DNA of 64,000 nucleotides from Chiloscyllium plagiosum (taxonomy: Eukaryota): NCBI RefSeq assembly GCF_004010195.1, contig NC_057719.1, forward strand, positions 84,396,239 through 84,460,238. The letters run 5' to 3'. Positions within the stretch are counted from its first letter, which is position 1; every line of letters begins with the position of its first letter. Under the pieces are notes generated by a model that did not search any database, was not told where the DNA came from, and saw nothing but the letters and a program-made list of their open reading frames with translations. Shown piece by piece: positions 27,084-40,026 of the stretch. Position numbers and translations under genes: made by a program.

Positions 27084-27201
27084 CTTCTTTCAGTAGGTCT
27101 GTAATGTCTGCCTGGTACTGGGGCCCAACACGGATTTCTCCCTTATCTGCCAAAAGGGTCTTCAGCTGTGGATCATAGACGAGTGAATAAAAAAAAGTGT
27201 C
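27084..27201 (-). CDS. MTA1: MTA1-like exon (exon 7 equivalent), end of BAH and start of ELM2: [39 protein letters not shown]
   Basis: 118 bp, ttcAG / GTaaa borders; lies within ORF 27022..27231. Confidence 0.95.
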
Positions 27202-28345
27202 CTGAAGGGAAAGGGTAAAACAGGAAGACAAGTCAACATAAAATCATACCAAACAACTCTGCTTGTCCTGAAACTGAAATGCCAAATGAATTTGAATGAG
27301 CAGGGACACCAATGTCGGGTCACTTGAACTTTTTTAAAAACAGCTGGTTATATTCCTTGCTAGCCTAATGAAGGATGAATATTGTGGCATGACATATTTT
27401 CTACTTCATGCTCTCAGGCAGCTACAGCCTGGTTTGGAAATAGAGTAAAGCTCCTTCTGCACTGACCCAGGACAGGTACATTATGAATTTATTATCAAGT
27501 AACACATTCTCTACAATGATTGTACACATCTGGAGGTTATGTGATTAATCTAGGTTAGATACAAAATAATGTTGCCTCTATACAGGGCTTCCTCAATCTT
27601 TTAGCTTTTGAGTTCCCCTCCCATGCTGTAAAAATTCCATTGACCCATGTAACGCAAAACATGTATCACTTTTTAGAAAAATTAGTTACATGATAAATCA
27701 ATGTTCAACTATACGTTTTTACATTCTTAATTTGATGAGAAGATTGGTGACTGAGAGAGGCTGGAAACTGGTAGCAGCAAGTGTATCACGAGCATTTGGG
27801 TCCTGCTGAAGAGTGAAGGAGGACTTACAAAAGTCTTCCATGGTACAGATGTTTTTAATCAAACTGTTCTGACCTGTCATGGCACATGTCTGGGGTGGGT
27901 CAGGACTGGAATTCAGACCCGATGGCCCATAGGTAAAGACACTACCACTGCAGCACACAAGGCTCTCAATGCAAACACAGTGTGGTAACATTAGCGACCT
28001 CTGCTGGAAATAGGAGTCGAGTGCACCTGGTATTCTCAGGCGGCCTCATATCCAAGTACAGTACTGATCAGGCCCAAGTCTGTATAACTTCAGAAGATTA
28101 CATGAGACCAGGTATTTGCAAACTAGTATGGCCAGCTTTTATTTCATCTAAAATGCATATGTATATCAAATAAATATCCTCTTTACACAGCTTAAGTTTT
28201 GTTTTGTTAGATTATAAAGTATTGCTAATTACGTGTTGATCATCTTAAAGTGATATGCAATTCTGGAAACAATATTGAGCTAATGCCCTAGTGTTAGGAT
28301 AGTCAACAAGTTCTTGCAGGAGTTTGAAAGAATCCCACAATAATG

Positions 28346-28504
28346 ATGTGCAGGTCAGGTGAATTGGCCATGCTAAATTGCCCATAGTGTTAGGTGCATT
28401 AGTCAGACCAAAATGGGTCTGGGTGGGTTACTCTTCGGAGGGTCGGTGTGGACTGGTTGGGCCGAAGGGCCTGTTTCCACACTGTAAGAAATCTAATCTA
28501 ATCT
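28346..28504 (+). mobile_element. 5'-truncated HE1-type SINE
   Basis: gatgtgcaggtcaggtgaattggccatgctaaattgccc...gggcctgtttccacactgta plus (tctaa)n tail. Confidence 0.85.
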
Positions 28505-28569
28505 TAAATCATAACTGTGCTACTTAGAATTCCATTTTGAAGGAGCAATACTTCCTTTAATATACAAAG

Positions 28570-30384
28570 TCAGTAAGTCAGTTAGGAAACATGAATTGGG
28601 AGCAATTGTTCCATGGTAAAGGCACTATAGACATGTGGAGACTGTTTAAGGAACAGTTGTTGCAACTGATGAATAAATATGTCCCTCTGAGACAGGCAAG
28701 AAGTGGTAAGATAAAGGAACCTTGGATGACGAGAGCGGTGGAGCTTCTTGTCAAAAGGAAAAAGGTAGCTTACGTAAGGTGGTGAAAGCTAGGGTCAAGC
28801 TCAGCTCTACAGGATTACAGGCAGGCAAGGAAGGAGTTTAAAAATGGTCTGAGGAGAGCCAGGAGGGGGCACGAGAAAGGCTTGGCAGAACGGATTAGGG
28901 AGAACACAAAGGCATTTTACACTTATGTGAGGAATAAGAGAATGGTCAAAGAAAGAGTAGGCCCGATCAGGGATAGCATAGGGAACGTGTGTGNNNNNNN
29001 NNNNNNNNNNNNNNNNNNNNNNNNNNNNNNNNNNNNNNNNNNNNNNNNNNNNNNNNNNNNNNNNNNNNNNNNNNNNNNNNNNNNNNNNNNNNNNNNNNNN
29101 NNNNNNNNNNNNNNNNNNNNNNNNNNNNNNNNNNNNNNNNNNNNNNNNNNNNNNNNNNNNNNNNNNNNTCTTCAAGAAAGGAAATAGGGAAATCCCCGGC
29201 AATTACAGACCAGTAAGCCTCACGTCTGTCGTCTGCAAGGTGTTAGAAAGGATTCCGAGGGATAGGATTTATGACCATCTGAAAGAGCATGGCTTGATTA
29301 AATGCAGTCAACACGGCTTTAGAGCATGGCTTGATTAAATGCAGTCAACACGGCTTTGTGAAAGGCAGGTCATGCCTCACAAACCTTATCGAGTTCTTTG
29401 AGAATGTGACTAGAAAAGTTGATGAGGGTCGAGCTGTGGATGTGGTGTATATGGACTTTAGCAAGGCATTTGATAGGTTCCCCATGGTGGGCTCATTCAG
29501 AAGGTCAGGAGGAATGGGATTCAGGGGAACATAGCTGTCTGGATAAAGAATTGGCTGGCTAACAGAAGACAGCGAGTGGTAGTAGAAGGAAAATATTCCG
29601 CCTGGAAGTCTGTGGTGAGTGGTGTTCCACAGGGCTCTGTCCTTGGGCCTCTATTGTTTGTAATTTTTATTAATGACTTGGATAAGGGGATTGAAGGATG
29701 GGTCAGCAAGTTTGCAGATGACACAAAGGTTGGAGGTGTCGTTGACCGTATAAGAGGGCTGTTGTAGGCTGCAGCGTGACATTGACAGGATGCAGAGATG
29801 GGCTGAGAGGTGGCAGATGGAGTTCAACCCGAATAAATGCGAGGTGATGCATTTTGGAAGGTCGAATTTGAAAGCTGAGTACAGGATTAAGGATAGGATT
29901 CTTGGTAGTGCGGAGGAACAGAGGGATCTTGGGGTGCAGGGCCATAGATCCCTTAAAATGGCCACCCAAGTGGACAGGGTTGATAAGAAAGCATATGGTG
30001 TTTTGGCTTTTATTAACAGGGTATTGAGTTTAAGAGTCGTGAGATCTTGTTGCAGCTCTATAAAACTTTGGTTAGACCGCACTTGGAATACTGCGTCCAG
30101 TTCTGGTCGCCCTATTATAAGAAAGATGTGGATGCTTTGGAGCGGGTTCAGAGGAGGTTTACCAGGATCCTGCCTGGACTGGAGGGTTCTTTACACAGAG
30201 AGTTGTGAGAGCATGGAATGCGTTGCCAGCAGCAGTTGTGGAGGCAGGGTCATTGGGGACATTTAAGAGACTCCTCGACATACATATGGTCACAGAAATT
30301 TGAGGGTGCATACATGAGGATCAGTGGTCGGCACAACATCGTGGGCTTAAGGGCCTGTTCTGTGCTGTACTGTTCTATGTTCTA
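28570..30384 (+). mobile_element. CR1 LINE, 5'-truncated ORF2 (RT), spans N gap 28994-29168
   Basis: [54 protein letters not shown]; tail gttctatgttcta. Confidence 0.92.
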
Positions 30385-32086
30385 AATCAATTTATTGCAC
30401 AAATTATTCAAAATCCAGTCATATTAAGTCCAATCCCTTTAGTCAATAACTGGAAATTAGATCTAATTTTATTTTTCCACCACTGTCAAGTCAGAAACAA
30501 TCTAGCACAGGATATGGTCTGAACCAGTGCCTAAACCTGAGCATTGCACTAAGTGAATGGTACAAAGAGGAAACCTTTCTCCACTGTTACGTTGGTTACT
30601 TATTTATTTTTTGAATGAACCTCTTCAGAGATGTTATCACACACAGAGATATTATCTCCTACCGAAGCAGGAGGAACTCTGAGATAGCATCATAGAATCC
30701 CAGTGCAGAAAGAGGCCATTCAACCCACCAAGTCTGTACCGACCCTCAGAACAGAATCCCATCCAGTCTGCTCTAACTCTATCACAAATTCACCTAATTG
30801 CTCCATTGCGGTCCCCACTGTAAATATGTGCCTCCTACTCTTCCTTGTCCCCCTTATCACGATCACCGTGACTCTCCCTTCTGCATAATTTCCTCAAAGA
30901 ACAACAGCAACAGGCCCTTCAGCCCACCAAGACTGTGCCGACACATGATGCCTTTCTAAACTAAAAACCTTTTTGCCTCTACGTACTCTGCATCCATCTA
31001 TTCCCTACCCATTCATTTATCTGTCAAATTGCCTCTTTAATGTTTCTATAGTATCCACGTCCACCACCTCCTCTGGCAGTACATTCCACCCTCTGTAAAA
31101 AAACCTTGCCCCTCAAATCTTGTTTAAACTTACTCCGTTTATCTTAACCCCTGTCCCCTAAGAATTGCTCCCTCCACTCTCGCATACAGTGCCCCTGACG
31201 ATCACATCCTTTAAGTTCCATTCTACCTGGAGCACTTTTATTAAGCAAACTATACCAGCCCCTTGGAGCTCCACCCTGCTTGCCTTCCAGGTCAGCTTTG
31301 CCAGCATCAGCTGATGAGCTATTTCACTTGGACAGGCTTCACCCCTTATAATGTAAGCACTTGTGCAAGGAAACACCTTGGTTGCGAAGGAGCCAAACAG
31401 TGAAGACTTTTGTCTTCTTCAGAGCTTAGAAAGGAAAAAAAAACTAACCTAACTTCTATATGTATATGCCGGATTTGTGAGCACACACATTTTACTTCAT
31501 TCCCTCAAGTTTGTCATCAGCAGTGATTATAACTTCAGTAACTTGGGATGTTAATGAGTAATAATGGGATGCTAGGGAGTTCAAAACAGGTTTGCATCAA
31601 GATCAGGAAAGCCAACCTACTTGAAAGGTTCTGAGAACTTAGGACAGAAACTTCATCCTGCTGTCAGGAAACTGAATCTTTGTCTCCTATCCAACTGGGT
31701 TCCCCCGCTCGCTGTTCCAAAATGATCGGTCTGATAAGGGCCCAAGGCACAGCTTGACTATATCAAGGTCTCCTGAAATTCCTCCACAGATCAGTACCTT
31801 CATGCCAGATGTTTGGCCAATTTCACTCTGTAGCACTGCCAAGGTTAAGGAGACTGGATTTAGAATAAAGAATCCAGGACCTCTCGATGCCACTCCTTCG
31901 TCTCTTAAAGGCACTGATAGTTACTAAATGAAGCATTTCTTTTCATTTGAATGCCTCAACAATGAGTGCTCTTAGTTTGTTATTTAGCAATAGAGACATT
32001 ACCAACAAATTCTATCTTGGCTTCAGCTGATGGTAGCATGCAAAGGAGCAACAGAGTGCTCCTTCATAACAACCTGCAGTGGAATG

Positions 32087-32423
32087 ATAGAATCTACAGC
32101 ATGGAAACAGGCCATTTAGCCTAAGAGGTCCACACAGACCCTCTGAAGAGTAACCTACACAGACCCATTCCCCTACCCTGTTACTCTACATTTCCCCTGA
32201 CTAATGCACTCAACGCTACACATGCCTGAACACTATGGGGCAATTTAGCATGGCCAGTTTACCTGACCTGCACATCTTCGGATGGTGGGAGGAAACCGGA
32301 ACACCCGGAGGAAAGTTACGCAGACACGGGGAGAATGTGCAAACTCCACACAAATAGTCACCCGAGGCTGGAATCGAACGTGGGTCCCCGGCGCTTGCTA
32401 ACCACTGAGCCACTGTGCTGCCC
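32087..32423 (-). mobile_element. HE1-type V-SINE
   Basis: Same V-domain and CR1-type tail. Confidence 0.85.
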
Positions 32424-32712
32424 TGTGCCAAGATGTTTAAATAATTCTTTTCCGCACTCTCTACCCTAGTCACCTGGGCCAACCATGTCATCCTTCTTAC
32501 CGTTTCATCTCAAATCAGTGAAATCAAGCTCAAGATCCTGCAGATGGTGTGGCTCAGTGCAAGACTTCAAGCTGCCTTCAAGCATTAAGATACAAGATTA
32601 GCAGAGACACAATGACCTATTGCTGAACAATACAGGAAAATAAAACAAATAACAGAGATACTGAAACAACCGCATTAACAGACCACAAATACTTCCAGAA
32701 ACAGGTCCTTAC

Positions 32713-32776
32713 CTCACGTTCCAGGTAGGATAGAAGTAACTCTGTTTCGTTTAGCAGTGTAACACTGCACTTACCC
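32713..32776 (-). CDS. MTA1: MTA1-like exon (exon 6 equivalent): GKCSVTLLNETELLLSYLERE
   Basis: 64 bp, ttccAG / GTaag borders. Confidence 0.95.
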
Positions 32777-33174
32777 CTGGAAGGAAAGCAAAAAGCTGTC
32801 AGTAAAAAGTACTATATTTCTCCAAGGGAACAGATGCCAAATCATTATGTTTCACTGTGTTAGTCAGATGGCTGTAGGTTTATCAACTGTGAGACTCCTG
32901 AGCAGCATCAGGGGAGTTCTATGCTGTTAGATGTGCTGTCTTTCAGATCAAATAGTAAATCAAGCTCATGGCATGATTTCAAGAAACAGTGGGGGATTTT
33001 TGCTGCCAGGAACAACCAACAACACAAGGATCAACATCCTAAGTAAGGCTACTTTGTGGGGCTGAGGCTGTTTTTGGGCCATGGGGAGTCTTAAGGAGAC
33101 AGAGAGAGTGCGAGAGAGAGCGAGACACAGACAGACAGAGAGTGGGAGGGACAGAGAGAGCGAGAGTGAAAGCG

Positions 33175-33242
33175 AGATAGAGATAGAGATAGAGATAGAG
33201 ATAGAGATAGAGATAGAGATAGAGATAGAGATAGAGATAGAG
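33175..33242. repeat. (AGATAG)n microsatellite, about 11 perfect units, within a GA-rich tract from about 33095
   Basis: Seen directly. Confidence 0.95.
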
Positions 33243-33745
33243 ACTGGCTCCTAGTCATGCAGTGCCTTGTTTTCAAGTGCTTTCAAGTTTTCACATTTGC
33301 CTATCATTGTCTTCTAACTCAACTGTCTGAGATAACTGTACTATTCTATTTCTGTCCTCAAGAGCATCTCCAATTTTAAATTATTCCATCGTTGATGGCC
33401 ACACTATCAGCTATCAAGGTCCTAAGCTTTTCAATTCTGTCCCAAATTTCCTATCTCACTCTTCTCCTCTTGTATACTCTGCAAAACTCAACTGTTTGAC
33501 TGAGCGTTGGATTCTGGAGAAGTACCAGAAGCTCTGGAAAACTGCTGATGTGATACTTCTATTCAAAAAGGGAGGGAGGCAAAAAGTTGTTAACCACAGG
33601 CCGATTAGCCCAACATCTCTTGTTAGAAAAGTGCTGGTACCGATCATTCAGGAAATAATAGCAGAGCATTTGGAAAATCACAAAGCAATCAAGCAGAATC
33701 AGCATGACGTCGTGAAAGGGAAATGGTCCCTGACTATTTCATAGA

Positions 33746-34090
33746 TTTCATAGAATCACTACAGTGTGGAAACAGGCCCTTCAACCCAGCAAGTCCACAC
33801 CTAACCTCCAAAGAGTGTCCCTCGCAGACCCATTCCCCTATCCGATTACTCTACATTTCCCCTGACTAATGCACCTAACCTACACATCCCTGAACACTAT
33901 GGGTAATGTAGCATGGCCAGTTCACCTAACCTGCACATCTCTGGACTGTGGGAGGAAACCGGAGCACTTGGAGGAAACCCACACAGACATGAGGAGAACA
34001 TGCAAATTCCACACAGACAGTCACCCAAGGCTGGAATCGAGCCCAGGTCCCTGACGCTGTGAGACAGCAGTGCTAACCACTGAGCCACCA
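33746..34090 (-). mobile_element. HE1-type V-SINE
   Basis: Head, V-domain and tail present. Confidence 0.88.
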
Positions 34091-34275
34091 ACTAATTTAT
34101 TAGAGTTTTTCAAAGAAGTCTTAATCAGAGTGGAGAGAGGGAAACAGGAGATGTGTTATATTTGGACTTCCAGAAGGTGTTTGACAAGGTACCTCACAAA
34201 GGTTAAGCTGTAAATAAGCTGAAAATGTGTTGCTGGAAAAGCGCAGCAGGTCAGGCAGCATCCAGTGACCAGGAG

Positions 34276-34310
34276 AATCGACGTTTCGGGCATAAGCCCT
34301 TCTTCAGGAA
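34276..34310 (-). ncRNA. Minimal hammerhead ribozyme motif (family A), sense to the MTA pre-mRNA
   Basis: Reverse strand CUGAAGA-aGGGC uuau GCCC-GAAA-CG-UC. Confidence 0.78.
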
Positions 34311-34989
34311 TGAGGAAAGTTTGTCCAGCAGGCTAAGATAAAAGGTAGGGAGGAGGGACTTGGGGGAGGGGCGTCGGAAATGTGATAGGTACTACAAACA
34401 AACCATTATCTCCCAGACCGTCCATAACCTCATCACCTCGGGGGATCTCCCATCCACCACCTCCAACCTCATAGTCCCACAACCCCGCACNNNNNNNNNN
34501 NNNNNNNNNNNNNNNNNNNNNNNNNNNNNNNNNNNNNNNNNNNNNNNNNNNNNNNNNNNNNNNNNNNNNNNNNNNNNNNNNNNNNNNNNNNNNNNNNNNN
34601 NNNNNNNNNNNNNNNNNNNNNNNNNNNNNNNNNNNNNNNNNNNNNNNNNNNNNNNNNNNNNNNNNNNNNNNNNNNNNNNNNNNNNNNNNNNNNNNNNNNN
34701 NNNNNNNNNNNNNNNNNNNNNNNNNNNNNNNNNNNNNNNNNNNNNNNNNNNNNNNNNNNNNNNNNNNNNNNNNNNNNNNNNNNNNNNNNNNNNNNNNNNN
34801 NNNNNNNNNNNNNNNNNNNNNNNNNNNNNNNNNNNNNGGAAAAGCGCAGCAGGTCAAGCAGCATCCAGGGAACAGGAGAATCGACGTTTCGGGCATAAGC
34901 CCTCTTTCCACCTATCACATTTCCGACGCCCTTCCCCCAAGTCCCTCCTCCCTATCTTTTATCTTAGCCTGCTGGATAAACTTTCCTCA

Positions 34990-35024
34990 TTCCTGAAGAA
35001 GAGCTTATGCCCGAAACGTCGATT
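34990..35024 (+). ncRNA. Minimal hammerhead ribozyme motif (family A), one stem II mismatch
   Basis: CUGAAGA-aGAGC uuau GCCC-GAAA-CG-UC. Confidence 0.7.
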
Positions 35025-35381
35025 CTCCTGTTCTCTGGATGCTGCCTGACCTGCTGCGCTTTTCCAGCAACACATTTTCAGCTCTGATCTCCAGCATCTG
35101 CAGACCTCACTTTCTCCCTTAAGCTGTAAATAACCATGGTGTTGGAGGTAATTTCTCAGCATTCATTGAGAACTGGCTCATGGGCAGGAAACAGCAAGTG
35201 GTGATGTTTTCGAGTCAATCTGTTTCGGGCTTTTACGACACACCAGAGCAGGTGGGATGTGAACCTGGCTCTGAGGTAGGCATTACCACTGTACCACAAG
35301 AATCCTAAGTTACAGCGAGTGGGGATAAGGGATTCTTTTTGAGGTTGACGATCCACAACCAGTGGAGTTCCACAGACACCT

Positions 35382-35686
35382 GTTAGATTACATTACAGAG
35401 TGGAAACAGGCCCTTCGGTCCAACCAGTCCACACCGCCCCGCCGAAGCGCAACCCACCCATACCCCTACATTTACCCCTTACCTAACACTACGGGCAATT
35501 TAGCATGGCCAATTCACCTGACCTGCACATCTTTGGACTGTGGGAGGAAACCGGAGCACCCGGAGGAAACCCACGCAGACACGGGGAGAACGTGCAAACA
35601 CAGTCAGTCGCCTGAGGCGGGAATTGAACCCGGGTCTCAGGCGCTGTGAGGCAGCAGTGCTAACTACTGTGCCACCATGCCGCCCT
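35382..35686 (-). mobile_element. HE1-type V-SINE
   Basis: Head gggcggcatggtggcacagtagttagcactgctgcctcacagcgcc, V-domain, tail. Confidence 0.9.
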
Positions 35687-38394
35687 TGTTTACAATACAG
35701 TATATATAAATGACTTTCAGGAAGGAAGTGAATGCACTGCAGTCAAATTTGCAGACGACACAAAAATAGGTGGAAAGGTAGGTTCTGAGAGAGATACAAC
35801 CAATTCACAGAGAGATATTGACAGGTTAACTAAATGGGCAATATGTTGGCAAATGGAGTGTAATGCGGGAAAATGCGAAGTTGTTCATTTTAGGAGGGAC
35901 TGGAGGGGAATATTATTTAGATGGAGAAGAACTGCAAAAAGGCGCAACACAAAGATATGTTGAGTCAAATGACCGAAGACTACAAGAAATAGGAATATGA
36001 GGTCCCTTAAGCCTGCTGCTCCATTCAATAAGATCCTGGTTGAGCCAACATTCCTCACATCCAATTTCCTGTGTTTTCCCTATAACCCTCGATTCCCCTA
36101 CTGGTCAAGAAACTATCTGCCTCAGCCTTAAATATACATAAGAATTCTGTTCACACAAGGGACTTGGGGGTACTTGTACATGAAACACAGAAAGCTAGCA
36201 CACAGGTACAGCAGGTTAATAATGAAAGCTATGGAATGGTGGCCCTTATTTCAAAAGGGTTGGAGTATAAGAGTAGAGGAGTCTTACTGCAGCTGTGCAA
36301 GGTGCTGCTGAGACCATATCTGGAGTACGTGGAGCAGTTTCGATCCCCTTATTTAAGGGGAGTTATCATTTCACTGGAGACAGTTCAGAGAAGGTTCACT
36401 TGAATGATCACCAGTATGGAGGGATTGTCCTATGAGCAAAGGCTGAAGAGGTTGGGATCCTATTCACTGGAGTTTAAAAGAATGAGAAGTGATCTCATTG
36501 AAACCTACACAATTCTCAAGAGCTTGACAGGGTAAATGCTGAGAGGATACCGCCTCTTATAGGAGGGTCTAGGACCTGAGGGCAACATCTCAGAATTAAG
36601 AGGTGCCAACCTAAGACTGAGCAGAGGTTGGGGGGGAGCGCCATCTTTCAGAGGGTTTAGAGTCTTTCGACTCCTTACCACAGAGAGCTGTGTGAACAGA
36701 ATTCTTACGTGTATTTCAGGCTGAGGCAGATAGTTGCTTGACCAGTAGGGGAAATCGAGGGTTATACGGAAAACACAGGAAAGTGGATGTGAGGAAGATT
36801 GGCTCAGCCAGGATCCTACTGAATGAAGCAGCAGCCTCATGTTTCTATTTCTTGTGGTCTTCGGTCATTTGACCCAACACATCTTTGTGTAAATCAGGGA
36901 AATGTTGTTTTATGATATTCCTATGACATGCCTTGCTACATTAACAGCAACATGTTAGTTTAAATTGCTGTTGTCGTAGTAGTTTAAGCTTATTGGAATA
37001 GTTTTTTTTAAATGGCATAGGAGGCTAACTTAACTTATCTTAACCTAACTTAACCTCTAATTTAACCAGTAGTTGCCAGTTTTCCATTAGATGCTTTATA
37101 TTTTTCTCTAAATTGGTTTCAACTATTTCAGGTCACTACTACTAATCCCATTTTTCTTTACAAATAGATTGTATTGGTACTATTAACTATTCTTCTCAGA
37201 TTACCTTTTATTATTTCATTAATACCTGCTTCTGCCTTGCACAACCATCCCCTTCATTCTTTAATTCCTCTTGCCATTCCACCCATCAATTCCTTTTAGT
37301 CATTCCTCCACTTCCTCACTTTCCTATCTCTATATTCACTGAAAATCTGTCACGTATCTTTTTCCCAGTTCTTATAAAAGTCGATGACCTGAAAAGTTAA
37401 CTCAGTTTTTTTTTCTCCACAGATATTACCAGACTTGCCAAGTATTTCAAGAACTTTGTATTTTCAATTTCAGATTTCCAACATCTGCAGTCTTATGCTT
37501 TTGTGTTGGGGAACCATGAAACAAAGCCATAGACAGTCATTGCAAGCGAGCAACTTAGCTGGTCCCACTTTCCTGCATTTCCCAGAAGCCCTGCAAATTC
37601 CATTTTCATCAGGGGCTTGTCCAATTCCCCCTCAAATGCCACAATTGAATCTGTCTCCACCGCATTCTCAGGCAGTGGTTCCCAGATCCCAACTACTTAT
37701 TGCATGAAAATGTTATTTTGCCATTGCTTCCTTTGTCATTCACCTTATATCAGTGTCATCTGGTTCTAGACACACCTCCGTCAACCTCTTGCTGTTTAAT
37801 TCAGTTAGGGTCAATTCCATTCATGGAGTAAAGTCCCACTCCAGAGAACTGAGGAGCTATCCCCCTCTGGTTACCCACTCTCCTGCCAATGGAACCAGTT
37901 TTAAAAAGTTTTATTTAAAGAAGATAAAGAAAGCATAAATAATATATTAAAAGTACAAATCGAAGAGAAAGGACAGAGAACACACAAAACAAGCAGCAGT
38001 ATGGTATAGATTTTCATCAACTCATCTTTGCTAACCATGCATTTAGCTGTTTAAGACATAAACTCCAGAATTCCCTGACTATACATTTCCATCTCTCCCT
38101 CCTCCCTTAAAAATGCTGCCAAAAACGGTTTTAAGAAGTTTTAGGTTGGCTATCCTAATTCTTTCTTGGTTTTGGAGTCGAATTGGGTTTCAACACACAC
38201 TTGTCCTCATTATATTAACAGTATTGTACAACTGCAAGTCACCTGCTAAGCAGGAAAGGAAGGGAATCAAAAGCGAGTCTTGACCGAAGAGAATTAGGCA
38301 AACCAGGAGTACACATCCAACAAACTGAGCAAAACACAAAGTTCTGCATCGTCAAGCCTGCAACCACAGACATGCTCTTCCGCCCCAGAGTTAC

Positions 38395-38521
38395 CTGATG
38401 TGGGTCGCGGGTAAAGATTCTAGCTGCCGTGACAGGAAGAGTTCTCGGTGCTTCAGCTGGTGTCGCTCATTCTCCGATAGCTCCTGTAGTTCTGTGTTCT
38501 CCATCTCCTCTTCCACTTCCC
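38395..38521 (-). CDS. MTA1: MTA1-like exon (exon 5 equivalent): (R)[41 protein letters not shown](R)
   Basis: 127 bp, tgcAG / GTaac borders; lies within ORF 38391..38579. Confidence 0.95.
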
Positions 38522-39814
38522 CTGCACAGAGACCAAAGACTCTGGATTGGAGTAATGATCTCCCACCCTTCCAAATCACACTGTATTACAGAATAAAATC
38601 ACTCCTCAAATGACCAATAAAAATCACAATAAAAAACACCGGCGTTAGTCGACATTCCCTTGATTTTCCCTCACCCCGATTGTGCATGGCCCCTTTGATT
38701 TTATTTTTTGCAGTGCACTAGCACTGTAATTTGAAGAGGCCAATTTGTGCATTCATCATGGAAGCTTTTAAGCTGTAGCTTTGAGTGACCATTACTGCCA
38801 ATGTGGCTCGATGGAGAGCTCTCCCACTAGTTACCCTCTTGGGCTTGCCAACTCACCTGACCTCATTGCTCCAACAGTATCAATCACAGATGGGGTCAAC
38901 CTCCGATCACTCCCTATTATCACTTTACCCATAGCCCCGCTTCCAACTTCACTTCCATGCACATCTGCCCCTAAAGATTTCACTTAGTTCAGATTTTGAA
39001 AGATGGGTTCTATCTAACCATGGACCTTTTACCCAACATAACATTTTCCGTTGCGACCAATCTGCTCAGGCCCACCCTCATTTCCACTTGAAGCCCCAAT
39101 GTTCCTTTGCACCCGGGCCATTACACTAGTACAACATTCATCACATCTGCATTCTACATTTGGTTGAACTAAATGAATCACTATTGGGGTAAAAGCAAAG
39201 TAGTGCGGATACTGGAGATTGAAAGTAAAAGCGAAAAGGGTTGCAAAATGCCGGAAGGTATGGTGGCAGGTGTGGGGGAAAAAAAAAGTTAACATTTTGA
39301 GTCTAATAACATCTCCTTGGAACCACTATTGGATCCAGCTTTGACTTGATAAAAGTATTCATGAGATTACAATTGATTCCAGATTATTCTTGATTGCATA
39401 GGTATCCTTCCCCCCCTGTCTCCTGCAACCCCATCTTCACCAAGTGAGGAGTTCATGGACTTCTAACATTCCATCTTTCGCAGTTCCCTCCCTGCTCCTT
39501 ATACACTCAGTCAAACTTCTTCCCCAAACTCTCCACTGCCTTGGACCTCGACTCACCTACCTTTCAGAGTGTCTCCTATTTCTCCTCATGCTGTCTCCAA
39601 ACTCTGCTTGTCCATGAGGCCAGTCATCTTTCAACTGAGCTGTGTTCCCACTAAAATGCTGACCGACTAACGTCCCATTCTGGACCCCATGTAAGCTGGT
39701 GTTGTGAACAATTCTCTCTATATAGGTATTGCCCACCCTCAATTAAATCTCTTTCCACCCAGTCCTTAAAAATAAAAAAAAACCTTAATCCCTCAATCAC
39801 TACAGAATGTGAGC

Positions 39815-40026
39815 GCCAACATAATCGTACCAGACGATAGGGGTGCTCTCTCATTAGAGAGAGACAACTGGTGGTGATTTAACCCAAGAGCCACCACACC
39901 TCAGGCGAGGAGACAGGTTGAGAAGGAGAGTCCTTCATGGCCACGTCAGCCGGTGACAGGAATTGAACCCACACTGCTGGCAATCACACTGCTTCACAAA
40001 CCAACCGTCCAGCCAACTGAGCTAAA
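39815..40026 (-). mobile_element. tRNA-derived SINE of another family
   Basis: Reverse strand ttagctcagttggctgga (A box) ... gggttcaattcc (B box); a related copy lies at about 60005-60160(+). Confidence 0.65.

Larger units (their letters stand above)
34218..35118. mobile_element. Penelope-like element (family A) with inverted pLTRs and 15-bp TSD; contains N gap 34491-34837
   Basis: ttaagctgtaaataa at 34203-34217 and 35119-35133; inverted copies of the pLTR at both ends. Confidence 0.85.
33500..36890 (+). mobile_element. Old CR1 LINE RT-to-3' region split by at least four nested insertions
   Basis: Colinear CR1 pieces at 33500-33740, 34090-34217, 35134-35190, 35310-35380, 35687-35960 and 36150-36860. 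Confidence 0.75.

Noticed and set aside
29284..29357. Exact 37-bp tandem duplication inside the CR1 RT
   Set aside because: Perfect copy close to an N gap; likely an assembly overlap or trivial slippage.
33091..33276. Ser-Leu repeat ORF
   Set aside because: Translation of the (AGATAG)n microsatellite.
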